DNA of 64,000 nt from an uncultured Rickettsiales bacterium. Lineage in GTDB: Bacteria > Margulisbacteria > Marinamargulisbacteria > GCA-2716485 > CAZIFG01. Of this stretch, positions 16,872-26,163 are shown piece by piece. Location: contig CAZIFG010000004.1 of NCBI GenBank assembly GCA_964539135.1, positions 43,250 through 107,249 on the forward strand, written 5' to 3'. Each line of letters starts with the position of its first letter. The first letter of the stretch is position 1. Position numbers and translations under genes: made by a program. The notes under the pieces were generated by a model. It worked only from the letters and a program-made list of their open reading frames with translations. It did no database searches and was not told the origin of the DNA.

Positions 16872-19233
16872 AGACTATAGCGAGGATGAAGACTCCGAAG
16901 CGGAAGAAAGTGAGGGGCCATCGGGTTTAGAGTTTGTCATGAAAAACGGGGGTGTCTTAGCCACGTTGATAGGAATGTCCTACTTAGGTCAAGAGGTCAC
17001 TTCTCAGGATCTTCCTAGGATGAGACAGACAATGAAAGAACTTGCAGGACACTGGGACCTTTTTAAAAGAGCACCAGTGTATCGCTATATAAGCGTAGAA
17101 TTAGTGGATAAACGAAAAGTTCAGACGACGGGAATCCCATATAAAAAAGAGAATCTCGATAAAAGACCTACGGTAACCGTGGCGGATATAACCTCTCTTC
17201 TAGAGGTTGAGTGTCAAGGGGTGGGATCTCAAGAAAGTCGCCCACAGTTAGCAGCTGAAATTGTTAGAAATCTGAGGCGATTAGATGTTTTAGATATCTA
17301 TGGCAACATAGACCCCAAAAAATTAGAAGAAAATTTACCCTATGTCGAACACACACGATTAGTTCCAAATGAGCATAATTCGGTTAAAAAGCGTCAACAA
17401 ATGGAAGAATCAGGCGGGTGGTTTTCGGGAAGCAAAGGTGCGGATTGTCATACCGCAAAAACCTTTTATTATCTAACAAAAGGCGTAGAAGGGATTACAG
17501 AAACAAATCAAGAAACAGTAGAAAAAAAATTGATTGAATTTTTAAATCAAAAGATGGAAACTTACAGAGTAAAAAAAGCAGTTGTTACCCCTGAAGGGCT
17601 TCAGTACAAAACAAGTCGAGAAAGTAGCAATGTTCAAGCCGCCAGAGGAGATGACCGCCTTCTAGCTTTTTTACAACAAGAAAACGCCTTAAATGGGGGC
17701 GAAAAAGGAGCAGATAATGATACAGTTCTGCATCTGAGTACCCGCGTCAGAAATACCCGAGCTGCCGCACTATTCATACAAAGAAATCCAGAACTTCTGG
17801 GAGCTGAAAACGACAAAGGGGAAAGGCCTATCGATTTTATTTTTGAATCCGGATTAGAAGCCTTATATACCTTAACAGGCGCCCATCTCTCGACAATAAA
17901 GTTAAATAAAGAGGGAATATCTCCTGTTTATTTTGCCATAGGGACGTACTTGGAGCTAGCCTCTCGATTATTTTACGAAGGACATGACAAGATTCCCTCT
18001 GACATAAAAGAAAAACTGGAAGGGCCTATTCGCTATTATTTTCAACACATGCCAAAAATGGGACATATCCCACTTTCTGCGCTTGTAGACCCTAAATGGC
18101 TACAAATGGATACGGTAGTGGAACAGAACACCACTGGCCATCATCCTTATCACCCTATGGCCTGGGGATATACTGGCCTAATGATGCACAAATGGGAAAA
18201 AGGTAAGGATGAACCTATTCATAGGGTATGTATTGTATTTGAACATGAAAAAAGAGTGGTTTTAGGCCTAGTGAAGATGCTTCTAGATGCCAAAGATGTG
18301 ATTTATTTTCAAGATGCAGGCTCATTGCAGATCATAGGTCTATTGTATGCCATTCATCATGAGGCTTTCGAATTACTGTTACCCGCACTTGAACAAAGAG
18401 ACAGCCTGGCTCTAGACATGTTAAGAGGGGCCCAAAATTATGGACAATTTGAATGCCTGGAAAGGGTGTTAGAAAAAAGAGGTGGATTGGCAGGGTTGGT
18501 TGAAAGAGAGCCCCAACGTGTGGCAGAAATTTTGGTTAAAACAATAGAGGGGAATGCCTTCGGAAAAACAGATTTTTTTATCAGAAACAGCGGTCTTTTT
18601 ATCAATTGCCTGTCTCAAAAAGATAAAGAAGGGGTGCCTTATGTATTTAAATGGGTGACACAAGCAGACGAAAGCACCTTAGAAACCTTTAAATCCTATG
18701 TAAGAGCGGCAAGCTACCTCCAAACAGAAGCGGGAGACTCTTTAGGGCTGTATTTAGTCAAAAGGCATAAAGATAGAGAAGCAGATTTAGAGGTGTTAAA
18801 GAAAAAGTGGCCTGCATTAAGGAGCTACTTAAAATGGGCAGCGCCAAATCAAAAAGGAGAGTCTTTATGGACTTGCGTTTTAGGTGAAATGAAATCTAAA
18901 TGGAAATTAGAAGCATTCTTTTCAAGCGTCATCGGAACAGCCGAGGAACTCCAAAGCCTGGCCGATCAGCTCCTTCATCACAGTGATGGATTAAAAGAAG
19001 AAAAAATGAAGGAACTCTGGGATCTGTTACTTCAAAAAGGATTGGATCTAAACCAAACGGTAGCGGGCAAAACAGTCGTGGATAGAGCGTTGGAACAAAG
19101 AGATATCAGAACCATCAACCTACATGCAAAAATCATAAAATGGTTAAGGGATGAGAAAGGCGGTTGCGTAGCATATTACAGCACACCAGAAGCGAGAGCG
19201 GCACTTCTTCCCAATTATAGGGATATTTTTTGA
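16828..19233 (+). CDS. Large orphan protein with an acidic N-terminus and an ankyrin-like repeat segment
   Basis: 801-aa ORF. The segment DTVLHLSTRVRNTRAAALFIQRNPELLGAENDKGERPIDF resembles the ANK consensus (TpLHlA...lL...ga..n..d..G.tPl). The true start is uncertain. Confidence 0.6.
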   Translation: MEIVPAPRPVESGGEDYSEDEDSEAEESEGPSGLEFVMKNGGVLATLIGMSYLGQEVTSQDLPRMRQTMKELAGHWDLFKRAPVYRYISVELVDKRKVQTTGIPYKKENLDKRPTVTVADITSLLEVECQGVGSQESRPQLAAEIVRNLRRLDVLDIYGNIDPKKLEENLPYVEHTRLVPNEHNSVKKRQQMEESGGWFSGSKGADCHTAKTFYYLTKGVEGITETNQETVEKKLIEFLNQKMETYRVKKAVVTPEGLQYKTSRESSNVQAARGDDRLLAFLQQENALNGGEKGADNDTVLHLSTRVRNTRAAALFIQRNPELLGAENDKGERPIDFIFESGLEALYTLTGAHLSTIKLNKEGISPVYFAIGTYLELASRLFYEGHDKIPSDIKEKLEGPIRYYFQHMPKMGHIPLSALVDPKWLQMDTVVEQNTTGHHPYHPMAWGYTGLMMHKWEKGKDEPIHRVCIVFEHEKRVVLGLVKMLLDAKDVIYFQDAGSLQIIGLLYAIHHEAFELLLPALEQRDSLALDMLRGAQNYGQFECLERVLEKRGGLAGLVEREPQRVAEILVKTIEGNAFGKTDFFIRNSGLFINCLSQKDKEGVPYVFKWVTQADESTLETFKSYVRAASYLQTEAGDSLGLYLVKRHKDREADLEVLKKKWPALRSYLKWAAPNQKGESLWTCVLGEMKSKWKLEAFFSSVIGTAEELQSLADQLLHHSDGLKEEKMKELWDLLLQKGLDLNQTVAGKTVVDRALEQRDIRTINLHAKIIKWLRDEKGGCVAYYSTPEARAALLPNYRDIF

Positions 19234-19283
19234 ATTAAAAACCAGCAGATGAAGAAAGTGCTCAGGTTTGGTATACTGGCCGG

Positions 19284-20441
19284 ATGAAGAAAACCATTTT
19301 CATTTCCACCGCCGAAATTTCAGCCGATCAATATGGGGCCCAGCTTGCGCAAGCCTTATGGGCCTTAGATCCAGAGCTGAATCTTGTGGGATTAGGCAGC
19401 GTCCACATGAAGGAAGTAGGGGTCACGCTGATTGATGACATTGTCACCACCAGCTCTGTGGGTTTGGTGGAGGCCGTTCGGTTTTTACCCGTTACCTTAT
19501 CGACCATTGAAAAAATAAAACGCTATTTAAAGCAAAACCCGCCCGATGTATTTTTGGCCATGGATGCTCAAGGGTTTCACATGCGTTTATTGCCGGCCGT
19601 GAAAAAAATGGGCATTAAAACAGCCTATTTTATAGCCCCTCAAGAATGGCATTGGGGCACGAAAAAAGGCGGCCAACGTGTGATCGATGTGGTGGATCAA
19701 ATTTTCACCATCTTCAAAGAAGAAAGCAAATTTTATGAAGCCCTGGGTAAGAACGTCACTTTTGTAGGTCATCCTCTCTGTGATTTTAAACCGCATATTA
19801 TACCTAAACCCGATTTTTTTAAGACCTTTGGTTTTGACGAAAAAGAGCCTCTGGTGGGCATTTTTCCAGGGTCCAGATATCAAGAAATAGAACGGGTATG
19901 TCCGCTTTTATTAAAAGCAGCCAAAGAAATTCGGAAGGTCTTGCCTAAGGTTCAGTTTGGACTTTCAGTGGCAGATCCTCGATACGAAGCCCGCATCTCA
20001 GAGCTGATAGCAGAAATTGGGGTGCCCTATGTCAAATTAATGGATATCACGCATTCTAAAACCTTGATGAAGCATGCTCGTGTGAATATTACCTCTTCAG
20101 GAACGGTAACCTTAGAGCAGGCCCTTTTAGGCACACCGGCGGTGGCGACTTACAAATTGCATCCCCTGACCTATTTTATTGGGAGAACCATTTTGGCGAT
20201 GAGAACCAAAAATATTACATGGATCAGCTTGCCCAATATTTTAGAAAAAAAGGAAATTTGTAAGGAATTTGTGCAACGTAAGGCGAAATATGAAGGGATT
20301 GCAGCGGCAACCTTAGAACTCTTAACCAACGAGAAAGAGCATGCCCGCATTTGTGCGGAGTTGGAAATCTTAAAGAAAAATTTAGGCGAGCCAGGCGTCA
20401 TTAAACGTGTTGCAGAAGGCTTGCTTACCATGATGGAGTAA
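19284..20441 (+). CDS. lpxB: Lipid-A-disaccharide synthase
   Basis: 385 aa. GT19-type N-terminus FISTAEISADQYGAQL, and SGTVTLEQALLGTP. Confidence 0.88.
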   Translation: MKKTIFISTAEISADQYGAQLAQALWALDPELNLVGLGSVHMKEVGVTLIDDIVTTSSVGLVEAVRFLPVTLSTIEKIKRYLKQNPPDVFLAMDAQGFHMRLLPAVKKMGIKTAYFIAPQEWHWGTKKGGQRVIDVVDQIFTIFKEESKFYEALGKNVTFVGHPLCDFKPHIIPKPDFFKTFGFDEKEPLVGIFPGSRYQEIERVCPLLLKAAKEIRKVLPKVQFGLSVADPRYEARISELIAEIGVPYVKLMDITHSKTLMKHARVNITSSGTVTLEQALLGTPAVATYKLHPLTYFIGRTILAMRTKNITWISLPNILEKKEICKEFVQRKAKYEGIAAATLELLTNEKEHARICAELEILKKNLGEPGVIKRVAEGLLTMME

Positions 20442-20444
20442 ACG

Positions 20445-21767
20445 ATGTTGGAATCACTATTGATTAAAAATGTAAACATGGTCTTGCCAAATGGCGTGTT
20501 TGAGGGCGACTTAAAAGTAGAAAAGGGTATTATTACAGAAATTGGCCCCTCGCTTTCAGGATCTGTCGAAAAAACAATCGATGAAAAAGGCTTGGTGCTG
20601 ATGCCCGGTTGTATTGATCCCCATGTTCATTTTAGAGATCCAGGGGTTATTGAAAAAGAAGATTTATACACCGGAAGTTGTGCCGCAGCCGCAGGAGGCA
20701 TTACAAGCTTTTTTGAGATGCCCAATACCAAACCCTCAACGACAAGTTGTGCCTTAATGGCCGAGAAAAAGAAAATAGCCGCCGAAAAATCCATCGTGAA
20801 TTATAATTTTTTTATTGGAGCCACACCAGATAACTTAGACGAGCTTAAGGTCATTGAAAATGTACCAGGCATTAAAATTTATGTGGGCTCCTCAACGGGG
20901 TCCTTGTTGGTGAATGAACAGGACGCGTTAGAGTCTATTTTCAAAAACACCACTCACCTCATTGCGGTTCACGCAGAGGACGAGGCCACGGTTCTTGAGA
21001 ATAAAGAGCGGTATAAAAACAGCACAGACGTGGCCGATTTTATTAAAATCAGAACCGTAGAAGCCGCCTTAAAATGCACCAAACGGGTTGTTGAGTTGGC
21101 ACAACGTCATAAACACCGCTTACATATTTGCCATTTAACAACCGCAGAAGAAGCCTTGTTTTTAAAAGACAAAATAGGCAGTCTCGTTACGACAGAAGTC
21201 TGTCCGCAGCATTTGTTTTTGTGGGCACCCGACATTTACACCCAAATGGGAACCTTGGCACAAATTAATCCGCCCATCCGAGAAAAATACCATGCAGAGG
21301 GGCTGTGGACGGCCTTAAAATCGGGTTTAATTTCTATGGTGGTGACAGATCACGCGCCTCATTTATTAGAAGAAAAGCTGCAAGTCTTTGGAAAAGCGCC
21401 TTCGGGAATGCCAGGCATCGAAACGTCATTAGCCTTGATGCTCAATCAAGTGAATAAAGGGGCGTGTACGCTTGAAAATGTTGCTCAGTGGATGTCAAAA
21501 GCGCCGGCAGATGTTTTTAGGATTCAAAACAAAGGGCAGCTTAAAGTAGGGTTCGATGCGGATATGGTCCTGGTAGACATGAAGAAAAAAGCCCGTGTAG
21601 AAGGTAAAAAATTTAAAAGTAAGGCCAAGTGGAGTGCCTTTGAAGGTATGAAACTTCAAGGATGGCCGCTCATGACCCTTGTAAATGGCCAAATGGTATA
21701 TCGAGAAGGCGATATTTTGGATGCCATTAAAGGCAAAGAAGTGCAGATTCAATCATATCCACGCTAG
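20445..21767 (+). CDS. pyrC: Dihydroorotase (amidohydrolase superfamily)
   Basis: CIDPHVHFRDPG metal-binding motif and DHAPH near the C-terminus. Confidence 0.82.
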   Translation: MLESLLIKNVNMVLPNGVFEGDLKVEKGIITEIGPSLSGSVEKTIDEKGLVLMPGCIDPHVHFRDPGVIEKEDLYTGSCAAAAGGITSFFEMPNTKPSTTSCALMAEKKKIAAEKSIVNYNFFIGATPDNLDELKVIENVPGIKIYVGSSTGSLLVNEQDALESIFKNTTHLIAVHAEDEATVLENKERYKNSTDVADFIKIRTVEAALKCTKRVVELAQRHKHRLHICHLTTAEEALFLKDKIGSLVTTEVCPQHLFLWAPDIYTQMGTLAQINPPIREKYHAEGLWTALKSGLISMVVTDHAPHLLEEKLQVFGKAPSGMPGIETSLALMLNQVNKGACTLENVAQWMSKAPADVFRIQNKGQLKVGFDADMVLVDMKKKARVEGKKFKSKAKWSAFEGMKLQGWPLMTLVNGQMVYREGDILDAIKGKEVQIQSYPR

Positions 21768-22039
21768 GGGGATAACGTATTGTGTTCTCTTAATAAATCA
21801 TATTTAAATTTAATCGAAGCCGAGACTTGAAAGAGAAAGGGTTTTTGGCTAAAGTGAAAGTGTTTAATTCCACAATATTATATGCATTTGCAGCAGCGGC
21901 AGCCGCCCCTTTTCCTAATGATGACGCGTTATTAACAAAATTATAGCCTAAACACGACTGGAACAGTTGGAAGATTATGCTGAAGATTAGTATTTATTTT
22001 TCATGAAATTTTATTTATTTTTTTACGATGATAAAAGGT

Positions 22040-22176
22040 GGGGCTGTTGCGAAATGCCTACGTTTGGATCATATGAAAGGCATTCCGAGTCCGAAAGCTC
22101 TTATATATCATAAATGAGGACTTGAGGACGAGGATAACACAGCAGATGGCCAAAATAGGCATTTCGCAACAGTCCC
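22040..22176 (+). mobile_element. MITE-like palindromic element, copy 2 (137 bp)
   Basis: GGGGCTGTTGCGAAATGCCTA ... TAGGCATTTCGCAACAGTCCC gives 21 bp of TIR, perfect except for one position. The right half is nearly identical to copy 1. The track ORF 22108..22473(-) is read-through of this repeat. Confidence 0.8.
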
Positions 22177-22240
22177 AAAATAGCAATGGGATGCGGTTTT
22201 AGATAGTATCATTCTGCAGAATCTTAGGAGCGCCTTATTT

Positions 22241-24589
22241 ATGAATATTACGCGAAAAGTAATTTCGCTTCGCAGTCGTAGTCGCCGTAGAAAAAAATCT
22301 AAGCAGCAGTCTTCTTTAGCAAATCGCAGTTGGAACGCACTTAGATGGGCCCTAAAAGGTGTTATACTCACAAGTCTTGGGGTCATTGTGGGGGGGAGCG
22401 GGAGTGGCGTGCCTAGAAAATTTGGTGAAAATTCATTCCCACAATGTAATCCCCTCGCAGTGTTGCCCGACAATTATCGCATGCCTTTGCCTCTCATGGA
22501 TATAGAGTTGCCTGCGGATTCACGCTATATTACTTACGCCAATATGGATGTATTTCACGGGAGTGTTTATGCCCATACAGGTTGCCCCAAATATGGGGTT
22601 TACGTCTTTCAAAACGTCGGTTCTTTTTATGGATCCTTTTATGAAAATACCAAATTGAAAGAGGGCACCATGTTTTTTTTGAACGGAGAGGTCTTTAAAG
22701 GCACCTTTCATGAAAGTACAGGCGATAAAAAAGAAGGCACTGTAACCTACGCGGATGGCACATCAAAAACCGGATCCTTCGAGGCCTATACCAATGTATT
22801 TACACCATACCAATCATACAAAGTTAAGGCAGCTATAGTTGGATTGTTAGGGGGTGCGTTTGCGATCTATAAATATGGGCGCATGCTCAATTTGGCTCGT
22901 GTATTAGATCCCATTCGAGAGTGGCAGAAAAGACGAATGCAAGCCCAACAGAAACGCACTGTTGAAACTGAACAAGGAAAATTGGACAGAAAAGTGGAAA
23001 GATATAAAGAAAAACTGAATCTAACGCTTCAGGAAGGACTTCAAGATTTTGGTATTGCTTTAAATAATCAGGGGGTACTGGAATGGCCTCATCCTCAAAA
23101 CGGATTTATCATACTCCACTACCAAGGAAGTCCTGTTTTTGTGACTGAAAAAGCGAGAGCTTACATACAGGAGAGGATTCAAACCTATAGAAGAAACTGT
23201 ATAAAGGCTATTGATAGTGTTTCCATTACACCTCAAGAGACGCGTTGTCTTGGTATAGAAGCGAAATTTAAATCTGCACTTGAAAAACTGCTTCAGGATA
23301 AAGACGTCCTATTAAAGAAAGCTAGAGAAAGAGTCAGAGCTCTGAATGTTCATGACCTGTTTAAGGTTCAAGGTCTCTCTATGCATTTCGTGCAAGAAAC
23401 AGCACGGATGAATCTGAGGGCCACTAAAACCCCCATCAACTATGATGGGGTTTTCGTTTCAACCCTAGCGCTACTGAAGTCAAAACTGCCTAAAGGTCAC
23501 GGGATGTCCCCTATTAAAGCGGCCTTTAACGGTATTTATGGGGCGGATGCTATCCAGACGCTGCTTGAGGCTCAGCTTACCGCTGAAGAAACACTGCAAA
23601 CTGCTCGAGATAATTTAGACCATCTACTCCATGTATTAAACACCTCTGTGGAGACCCCTTTAGGCGGAGACCTTCCCGCTCTTACCTTACAAGTCCATGA
23701 GGCAAATGCCGTATTTCTGACAGAAAAAAACAATTACGACGAGATTTGCAACAGATTAAACGAGTCTCAGCGCCAGGCTTTGAAGTTGATCTCGACGCTA
23801 AGCCTACAGGATCTTGACCGTTTAGAAAGTGAGTCCACTCACGATGCCATTGCATTTCTACGCGAAAATTTTACATTCGCTGAACATAGAAGAATAAAAA
23901 TAGGAGATGCTGCATCGGGCGCTGGTCATGGCACTTCCGATTCTGTTGAAGATCCTGGAACACCCTGTTCTCCTAGATTTAGTTTGAGTGCCTCAGAACC
24001 GGTGACGCTAAGGGATCTCTGTTTTTCAATGTCAGATCATCTTAATGCCAGCGGTTTTGTATTTGTACCGTTCGTGCCAGGTGCGCGTAGTGATATCAAC
24101 GCTTTAATGTCGTGTCACTTTGGATTTTTTGCGCTGGCCTTAAGACTTACGCCTAATCTAATGGGGATTATTCAACAGAGACAGACCGCAAAGTTACAGC
24201 ATGAATCGTCGTTTTTTTTATATCACGCACATGGCGATAGATCTACTTTTTTACAGGGAAAAAAACATCGGGAATTAACGACTGCTGGATATCCAGAAGA
24301 TCTATTGAGAACCCCCCTGAATCTCTCTATTTCCTCATTTATCCATGAAGGCTTAGCACGAATTAATGCCTTTGCTATCGACAAAAGTCTGGAGCCTATA
24401 GACTTACCCCCTGAGAAACTGCACTTAATGGGGGATTACATTCAGCGTCATGGAAGAGAGATTCAAGCGCGATCTGGAGGCTCTCACTCTAAATGGGTAG
24501 CGCCTTTCGCATGGCCTCTCGATGTGAGTTCGGAGCGAGACCTAAAAAGTATTTATATAGGATTGTTTATATTCATGCGTTGTCGATAA
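22241..24589 (+). CDS. Large orphan membrane-anchored protein with MORN-like repeats
   Basis: 782 aa. It has a basic N-terminus (RSRSRRRKKSK) and a TM segment. The repeats fit Y/F-x-G-x-F...G (GVYVFQNVGSFYGSFYEN..EGTMFFLNGEVFKGTFHES..EGTVTYADGTSKTGSFE). A long coiled-coil-like region follows. Confidence 0.6.
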   Translation: MNITRKVISLRSRSRRRKKSKQQSSLANRSWNALRWALKGVILTSLGVIVGGSGSGVPRKFGENSFPQCNPLAVLPDNYRMPLPLMDIELPADSRYITYANMDVFHGSVYAHTGCPKYGVYVFQNVGSFYGSFYENTKLKEGTMFFLNGEVFKGTFHESTGDKKEGTVTYADGTSKTGSFEAYTNVFTPYQSYKVKAAIVGLLGGAFAIYKYGRMLNLARVLDPIREWQKRRMQAQQKRTVETEQGKLDRKVERYKEKLNLTLQEGLQDFGIALNNQGVLEWPHPQNGFIILHYQGSPVFVTEKARAYIQERIQTYRRNCIKAIDSVSITPQETRCLGIEAKFKSALEKLLQDKDVLLKKARERVRALNVHDLFKVQGLSMHFVQETARMNLRATKTPINYDGVFVSTLALLKSKLPKGHGMSPIKAAFNGIYGADAIQTLLEAQLTAEETLQTARDNLDHLLHVLNTSVETPLGGDLPALTLQVHEANAVFLTEKNNYDEICNRLNESQRQALKLISTLSLQDLDRLESESTHDAIAFLRENFTFAEHRRIKIGDAASGAGHGTSDSVEDPGTPCSPRFSLSASEPVTLRDLCFSMSDHLNASGFVFVPFVPGARSDINALMSCHFGFFALALRLTPNLMGIIQQRQTAKLQHESSFFLYHAHGDRSTFLQGKKHRELTTAGYPEDLLRTPLNLSISSFIHEGLARINAFAIDKSLEPIDLPPEKLHLMGDYIQRHGREIQARSGGSHSKWVAPFAWPLDVSSERDLKSIYIGLFIFMRCR

Positions 24590-24641
24590 ATATTCTTTTG
24601 CCCATATAGTCAGTGAATTCTGGCTATGTTAAAATAAAAAT

Positions 24642-25559
24642 ATGACCGAACAAACACAAACGCGACGCTCTAAGACACTTCCAGATCCCAAACTCAGAAT
24701 CCCAGATTGGTTTAAGCAATCGGTTGGAAAACGAAAAGCCACCGAAAATCTCTCTAAAATGTTGGAAACAACGGTGCCCAACACCATTTGCCAAGAAGCC
24801 AAATGTCCCAATCGGTCAGACTGTTTTAATAAAGGCATCATGACCTTTATGGTTATGGGGACAATTTGTACCCGAAATTGTGCCTTTTGCTCGGTATCTC
24901 ACGGAAAACCCTTGCCCCCGAGTTTAAAAGATTTAGACGATATTTTAAACGCCATTGAAAAAGTGAAGCTTAAATTTGTTGTGCTCACGTCTCCCAATAG
25001 AGACGATTTACCCGACGGAGGTGCCAGCCATTATGCAGCCTTGGTCAGAGGCATTCGTGCCGAGCATCCAAATTTAAAAGTAGAAGTACTCATTCCCGAT
25101 TTTCAGGGCAATCAAGAGTCCCTTCAGAAAGTAGTAGACGCAAGGCCGGATGTGATCAATCACAATATGGAAACCGTGCCGTCTTTATATACCATTGCCC
25201 GTCGTGGCAGCTTATTTAAGCGATCCCTAGAGGTGTTATCCAGCGTTAAAGAAATGGATCCCAGCATTCTCACAAAGTCAGGGGTAATGGTAGGGCTTGG
25301 CGAATCGTGGGCGGAACTCTTAGAGACCTTTAAAACCATTCAAACCGCAGGTGTGGACATCTTAACCATTGGCCAGTATTTAAAGCCAGATAAAGATAAT
25401 TTGAACGTGCAAAAATACTATACACCCGAAGAATTCGATCAGTTAAGAGAAGCCGCTTTAAGCTATGGCTACAAATATGTATTTTCAGGCCCGCTTGTGC
25501 GGAGCTCTTACCTTGCAGAACATGTATTTAATGATACACTGGAACGAATCACACATTAA
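24642..25559 (+). CDS. lipA: Lipoyl synthase
   Basis: Radical-SAM motif CTRNCAFCSV plus the N-terminal auxiliary cluster motif CQEAKCPNRSDC. Confidence 0.93.
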   Translation: MTEQTQTRRSKTLPDPKLRIPDWFKQSVGKRKATENLSKMLETTVPNTICQEAKCPNRSDCFNKGIMTFMVMGTICTRNCAFCSVSHGKPLPPSLKDLDDILNAIEKVKLKFVVLTSPNRDDLPDGGASHYAALVRGIRAEHPNLKVEVLIPDFQGNQESLQKVVDARPDVINHNMETVPSLYTIARRGSLFKRSLEVLSSVKEMDPSILTKSGVMVGLGESWAELLETFKTIQTAGVDILTIGQYLKPDKDNLNVQKYYTPEEFDQLREAALSYGYKYVFSGPLVRSSYLAEHVFNDTLERITH

Positions 25560-25581
25560 TATTAAAAGTTGAGGGGAAAGT

Positions 25582-26163
25582 ATGAACACAAATATCCTGA
25601 TATTAGCGATAATTTCCTATCTTTGTGGGACTATTCCCTTTGGACTTTTTTTCTCAAAAATAAAGGGCATTGATTTAAGATCTCAAGGGTCTGGCAATAT
25701 TGGGGCGACCAATGTTTGGCGCGTCATGGGGTGGAAGTATGGAGCGGTTGTATTTTTTTTAGATGCCTTTAAAGGAGCAGTGCCAACAGCCTTATCTCTC
25801 AGCATGTCAGAGTATCCCTATATTCATATTTTAATTGGGATTTTGGCCATTGTGGGGCATTCTCTACCTGTTTTTACAAAATTTAAGGGAGGGAAAGGGG
25901 TAGCGACAGCGGTAGGGGTCATTTTTGCTTTGGCACCCAACGTCGCACTGATTCTTTTAGGATTTGGGTTGACCATGATCATGCTGACACGTTATGTAGC
26001 GCCTGTGAGCATTTTGTGCGCCCTATTGGCCCCTATTTTATTTAAACTCTTGGATTATCCCAACGAGTATACGGTGGTCATGATGATTGTGGCCATTTTT
26101 GTCATTTTTAGACACAAAGATAATATTAAACGGATGATCCATGGAACTGAAAACAAGATCTAA
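25582..26163 (+). CDS. plsY: Glycerol-3-phosphate acyltransferase PlsY
   Basis: GSGNIGATNVWR and FKGGKGVAT motifs. Polytopic membrane protein. Confidence 0.9.
   Translation: MNTNILILAIISYLCGTIPFGLFFSKIKGIDLRSQGSGNIGATNVWRVMGWKYGAVVFFLDAFKGAVPTALSLSMSEYPYIHILIGILAIVGHSLPVFTKFKGGKGVATAVGVIFALAPNVALILLGFGLTMIMLTRYVAPVSILCALLAPILFKLLDYPNEYTVVMMIVAIFVIFRHKDNIKRMIHGTENKI

Noticed and set aside
21768-22039. Possible degenerate extra repeat copy or gene remnant in the long pyrC to MORN-like gene spacer (contains GGATAAC and ATAAATCAT strings)
   Set aside because: The shared strings are short and occur in the wrong order and orientation relative to the element. No TIR is present. It is treated as AT-rich spacer of unknown origin.
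22127-22200. Small ORF starting at the conserved ATGGCCAAAATAGGC inside the right end of the repeat (MAKIGVSQQS...)
   Set aside because: The reading frame continues into unrelated flanking DNA and ends at different points in each copy. In copy 4 it stops after 6 codons. The nearest SD-like GAGGA is 11 nt away. It is not a conserved coding unit.
22108-22473. 121-aa ORF on the minus strand ending ...GTVAKCLFWPSAVLSSSSSPHL*
   Set aside because: Its C-terminus is simply the translated reverse complement of repeat copy 2. The rest is antisense to the 5' end of the MORN-like gene. It is a repeat read-through artefact.
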